IMG/VR virus record: IMGVR_UViG_3300017756_000069
Span: 1-29,223 of that record
Length of the DNA: 29,223 nt
Direction: 5' to 3' (one strand)
DNA from: a virus
Lineage: Duplodnaviria > Caudoviricetes
Made by a program: the position numbers and the translations under genes
The notes under the pieces: model-generated
What the model was told of the DNA's origin: nothing
What the model saw: only the letters and a program-made list of their open reading frames with translations
Database searches by the model: none
In this document: positions 27,301-29,223 of the stretch, piece by piece
Layout of the letters: each line of letters opens with the position of its first letter
Position numbering within the stretch: the stretch's first letter is position 1

Positions 27301-28811
27301 TGCTAGGTGAAACATACGTTAAAGAACTAGAAAGCTCCCTTAAAAGGATGTACACAGGTAGAAATGAAAGCCAAAACGCTAGTCCAATGGTTAACGAGAT
27401 TATGACTTGGTTTAATGGCTCTGTTAATACTATAATGTTCTTTAACATGAGATCTGCTAGCTTACAGTTGCTTTCTACAATTAACTTTGTTAACTGGACC
27501 GATAACAACCCCATAGCTGCTGGTGCTGCCTTTTCTAATCAAAAGCAGTTTTGGTCTGACGTGTCTATGCTTATGAATACAAGTTACATAAAAGACAGGA
27601 TGGGTAACATGAAGTTTGATGTTGAAGCTGATATTCTTGTTGAAATGGGCAAAACATCAAAAACATATAACGATCTTTTAGCTAAACTTTTTAAGCTAGG
27701 TTATGCACCTACAAGACTTGCTGACTCGTTTGCTATAACTTTTGGTGGTGCTACTTTTTACAGAAATAGATTCAACACTTACAAAAAACAAGGTATGTCA
27801 GACGCTAATGCTAATGCTAAAGCTTTGGTAGACTTTGAAAGAACGGCTGAGGTTAGCCAGCAGTCTAGTGATCCATCTAAAATAGCAAGTGCGCAGATTG
27901 GTAGTTACGGTAGATTCCTTTTTGCTTTTGCTAACACTCCATTTCAATATGCTAGATTATCAAAGAAAGCTGCTTTAGATATAATAAATAACAGAGGTGA
28001 TTTAAAAACCAATATATCTAAACTAACGTACTACACTTTTGTTCAGTCTATAATATTTTCAGCCTTACAAAACGCCGTGTCTTTAAAAGATTTAATTGAT
28101 TTGGGAGATGAAGAAGATGATAGAATGGACGAAACAACTAGAGGGGCTTTATATTTTGGAGTTAATTCTTTGATAGATGGTCAATTGAAAAACTTTGGTG
28201 CTAGAGTTGGTATTTCATCTATACTAGCAAAAAATGCTTTGTTGCTGCAAATACAAAGAGATCTTTACAGAGAGTTTGGTAAAGATGCTATTGGTGGACC
28301 TTTTGATTTAGTTAAAGCTGCTAGACCTGAAATTGGTCAAATGGTTCTTTTGGCTAGTTCTGTTTCTCCGCCAATGTCAACCAAGACTAGAAAATTATTT
28401 GCTATAGACAGAATGGATATCTATAATCAAATACGAGAGAAAAAAGAGTTTTACGACTTAACAGATACATGGTATGTATATCCACAAGATCCAACGTGGC
28501 AAACATACGCTACATATTTAAACGTAGCACTTAATATACCAGCTGATAGATTATTACAAAAATTAGAAAATATATCTTTCGCTATGTATGATGAGTTTGA
28601 TTATGCCACAAGATTTGCGTTTTTAGCTGGTTGGAGCAAATGGAACTTACTACCAAAAGATGACTTTAACATACCTTATCCTGAGATGGAAAGTTTAAAT
28701 TACTACGAAAGTAGACTTAGAAAAAAAATAAAAGAAAAATCTAAAAACACAGAGACTGTTAAAGACTACGAGAAAAGAATGAGAGAAAAAAGACAAGAAA
28801 AAAGTAAGTAA
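21369..28811 (+). CDS. Giant polyvalent ejection protein, 2480 aa: membrane-like segments, HExxH metallopeptidase, sigma-r2-like module, ART-like module, helical C-terminal region
   Basis: HEVNH (927-931) plus QEFLA (E990); EDN..IINIIRK..EDYAQ..LKMIDSY..WNFYL; LYH..GLQLS..GYTSITY..GYIIL; SRAQ[IL] at 1073, 1520 and 1742. Confidence 0.85.
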   Translation: MLEKLYNVLYDKKLFTQDFDKFKQAWSNEEYKKKVYDVVNSKKLFTQDYDVFVNAYSEGKQQGDVATDAAAEPAEDLASTSAITSSDLSLPIPQSEGPADPEAYTTDLGLTYGDQRTSQEQIDDFMNNMYQALSATGTYEFLKEKDLEERYYYAGKLISNPTGSPKDIKLSYYNYFKDIKIKGVKDPKAILEPLFLDKDQIKEDYFKIKNLKNDLNIKDFYDQGGTEDVLIKNADDAVDELIHESDYMNKEFLPYFFKKYEEDFYNKQIETIESMEVDFIGQDELDKIEAEMENYQLEMLKQELASDVGYKDLVSKVTSVVSNDLGIDIKALNKTKVIPNWAEGSDFLEGIYRFTKQWASGEAGEKMANISKENKGIDNFLKAYQSGEYTEQELAEIAKENLTDADLTLLYPSKSVALSRAQWIGADNYEELIDKARAGIKDPVSYLKKKKKFLNKQFINSMQDSEELSKVLSIMDNTEFFDEDGVTIDDFQRMAGEQLPQMAQAILTLGYGTYIQEAGGIYVESMYKIAEAKYGPLALGMASKEQKEQMFLEIMEAGEDNPDAAIEGGVINAGLDFGSSIFVVTKAGKFIPKQAWRSLLRGEFKKALKKAGGKDLLEDALKISIAESITEGSQETVSMLKVGKSTGYYNFDPKRIKEGAAQGFASSLLFFGLGKSRSAYNYLTDGIGLQYSRFKNKDHILNLIKLEKQKIKQDLKNGNITKQEAIDKVKKANAKRDVIVDNDVYNVSENNRQQAFDATEAVVDEQVKLDTALDNLKQAKNNPSATDQDIEFREAEVNNQKERLADAKFELNKAKQKDNASKDISRASNRINQTKEGELADKQLITFRTRKEAAAFVKRYKIKVDANIEGLLNGGASGAALAPGQTIRYKGEDIVPAFVVKQTINEQIDNSTRQNDFSLRSAFAASHEVNHFILDTVDPKVLDGVVSKLKNDMRNSGDIETNAVLEIVETMMVEYVKKDPKISRDYLNQEFLAGLGDVLQTFKALKPKSPFQRMFIDFGESISKIINANTGLNVNYNDANSVLGFLKNYNKFLGKNAPIVIKSGTDIDGEKKSRAQISLEQQKKLLVDENKILAPMMRTNASAAKKIQENVDKIKAISAQIIEEKELAENLKFAPGLSKKAKDITRKNELNWSELMDPATKESDKTALKNKIYEDNQGTIINIIRKTFNPNIESNLTAEDYAQAMQLEALKMIDSYEKTYNKKKAEGTLAPWNFYLKDNLPKRQGAILKKLIGDKSMMFMGDATASIGSAQLGYTPDYGNFSNEEYIEQQGVIVDEVLAFTPEIKAEIREAAKKVLSTFKGDSGVNLKKQLGDALEVMLKPYIQTNVLGSKVKKNYKGQTYREFMQQNWEDIYSIIGFDVINTRLTSRTKQEKAAGIPNPFIFKITKDGKQVRDSRLEDLTGKGRGKAKKRIVNQEEFIKFFFGELVNPSTQGTRKDTLAEIIAREAGLDQISWMLENDTEFLDLFKQKQDLLGTLIDNDYIESIQRQIDRFDGSRRPGSRAQLVIDSANYNGLSSSAAMNVLEDIKNNEIIDYKSQPLNRFRNDVLDMIRVGNAYAAIDLYHTPTDEDIKVDGKYKLNNEGLQLSNVKSDGDVSVRVKISSAGNLFVPKEFSWNGGFSIMRSLDIELKGYDVAMSRIPDEDGSYFAKWLVDNNILTKKQVEKDASASGIRETLVSEGYTSITYPKADGSFGYIILNNEAFDLSFDNKINNQIKSLMSDSGSRAQLVGMKGKMSEIIEQKSKGKIKANEVLSNAAARNMRRKAGLNFSNLYVPYQLEDFVGLTYAFTPEGKKGEAAQEFIKERVMNPYFEAKEQYRVFQQNLNANFNRLLSDVGITAKTLKETVDILGKPFTKDQIVRAYLFSTQGADIDPSILSPKEIQASLDYIKSDEKLLMLAAMLPTILDNKGGWVRYRGEMHETLSIDIVKFAEGKRKIFFERFKDNIDIIFDPQIKEKLRGLLGETYVKELESSLKRMYTGRNESQNASPMVNEIMTWFNGSVNTIMFFNMRSASLQLLSTINFVNWTDNNPIAAGAAFSNQKQFWSDVSMLMNTSYIKDRMGNMKFDVEADILVEMGKTSKTYNDLLAKLFKLGYAPTRLADSFAITFGGATFYRNRFNTYKKQGMSDANANAKALVDFERTAEVSQQSSDPSKIASAQIGSYGRFLFAFANTPFQYARLSKKAALDIINNRGDLKTNISKLTYYTFVQSIIFSALQNAVSLKDLIDLGDEEDDRMDETTRGALYFGVNSLIDGQLKNFGARVGISSILAKNALLLQIQRDLYREFGKDAIGGPFDLVKAARPEIGQMVLLASSVSPPMSTKTRKLFAIDRMDIYNQIREKKEFYDLTDTWYVYPQDPTWQTYATYLNVALNIPADRLLQKLENISFAMYDEFDYATRFAFLAGWSKWNLLPKDDFNIPYPEMESLNYYESRLRKKIKEKSKNTETVKDYEKRMREKRQEKSK
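21378..21545 (+). repeat. Tandem 30-aa repeat at the N-terminus of the giant protein
   Basis: KLYNVLYDKKLFTQDFDKFKQAWS versus KVYDVVNSKKLFTQDYDVFVNAYS. Confidence 0.85.
21542..21611 (+). promoter_or_regulatory. Putative -1 programmed ribosomal frameshift signal: G_GGA_AAG plus 3' stem-loop
   Basis: In-frame X_XXY_YYZ heptamer 21542-21548 (same as lambda G-T site); 8 nt spacer; CGATGT/ACATCG and GGATGC/GCATCC stems; -1 frame open for 35 codons to TGA 21653-21655. Confidence 0.65.
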
Positions 28812-28822
28812 CAAGCAAAAAC

Positions 28823-28836
28823 GTGTAATATTACAC
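28823..28836. promoter_or_regulatory. Perfect 14 bp palindrome GTGTAATATTACAC containing motif copy 4 (GTAATATT)
   Basis: Self-complementary sequence in the 44 nt gap after the giant gene. Confidence 0.5.
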
Positions 28837-28855
28837 ATATAACAACCTACATAAT

Positions 28856-29223
28856 ATGAAAAAAATAATTTTAATACTTTTACTGCTTTTTGCTAGCAAT
28901 GTAAACGCTCAATTTTTTAAAAGCATTTATGATGACTTTTTGAAATACGGCACCGTATACGCCGCTGGTAACGTTGGTAATGCTAAGTCAGAGCAAACAA
29001 AGTATTTTGTTAGAACAAACTCAGATAATTTATATGACATACCTCGTGTTATAGACCAAACGACATATCACCCTAACAACTATCGTGTTGGTGTTGGGTT
29101 GCGTAAGCTAGCGAGGTTTGGCTATGAAAGCAAACCAAATTTTTACAACGGCACAGAAAACAATGTAGGATTATCTGCACCCACAGCTGCAGTAAAAGGT
29201 TTAGAGTATTTATTGCACTGGGA
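28856..29223 (+). CDS. Partial secreted protein, possible outer-membrane beta-barrel; truncated by the window end and absent from the ORF track
   Basis: MKKIILILLLLFASNVNA|QFFKSIYDDFLKYGTVYAAG...YRVGVGLRKLARFGYE...GLEYLLHW; open for 122 codons; Sec/SPI signal with Gln at +1. Confidence 0.8.
   Translation, partial: MKKIILILLLLFASNVNAQFFKSIYDDFLKYGTVYAAGNVGNAKSEQTKYFVRTNSDNLYDIPRVIDQTTYHPNNYRVGVGLRKLARFGYESKPNFYNGTENNVGLSAPTAAVKGLEYLLHW

Larger units (their letters stand above)
1..29223 (+). mobile_element. Bacteriophage genome segment: virion morphogenesis module of a crAss-like podovirus, probable Bacteroidota host
   Basis: Co-oriented terL-portal-scaffold-MCP-ring proteins-nozzle-ejection proteins; no sheath, tube or tape-measure gene; no host housekeeping genes, integrase or att site visible. 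Confidence 0.9.

Noticed and set aside
1875-27514. Short minus-strand ORFs of 60-79 aa (1875, 7096, 8752, 11906, 13313, 17385, 17890, 19992, 20406, 21272, 23484, 25383, 26093, 27275)
   Set aside because: All lie antisense to long well-supported genes, have F/L/I/S-rich shadow composition and show no recognisable motifs
1-29223. Stop-codon reassignment as in some crAss-like phages
   Set aside because: Genes are intact and tightly packed under code 11; TAG (1475, 7555) and TGA (6333, 19822) end genes at sensible boundaries
1-29223. tRNA, rRNA, CRISPR array, diversity-generating retroelement, integrase/att
   Set aside because: Intergenic gaps are at most ~80 nt; no cloverleaf, spaced repeats, reverse transcriptase or recombinase motifs found by eye

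Overview
AT-rich, gene-dense window with all genes on the + strand. It is the packaging, head, short-tail and ejection module of a podovirus-type tailed phage with crAss-like (Crassvirales-related, marine Flavobacteria phage-type) organisation. Gene order: three small ORFs, tandem GroES-like protein, putative terS, terL, portal, acidic scaffold-like protein, major capsid protein, a 254 aa protein, two ring/adaptor proteins, a 1413 aa nozzle/muzzle, a 991 aa Ig/cadherin-repeat protein, a 114 aa protein, three putative ejection proteins (213, ~510, 2480 aa), and a truncated signal-peptide ORF at the right edge. SD-less A/T-rich start regions and a VNA|Q signal peptide point to a Bacteroidota host. 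The main signals not explained by ordinary annotation are: (1) the 2480 aa protein looks like a self-processing polyprotein, with an HExxH metallopeptidase, a sigma-70 region-2-like module and a degenerate ADP-ribosyltransferase-like module, each separated by a repeated SRAQ[IL] motif; (2) a canonical G_GGA_AAG -1 frameshift site plus stem-loop at codon 60 of the same gene, predicting a 95 aa Cys-rich isoform; (3) a 210-codon +1-frame ORF with a lipoprotein-like signal overprinted on the terminase ATPase core, with synonymous-codon evidence that it is kept open; (4) a recurring GTRATWWT motif in front of four gene modules. All family calls come from motif recognition by eye; no searches were run.
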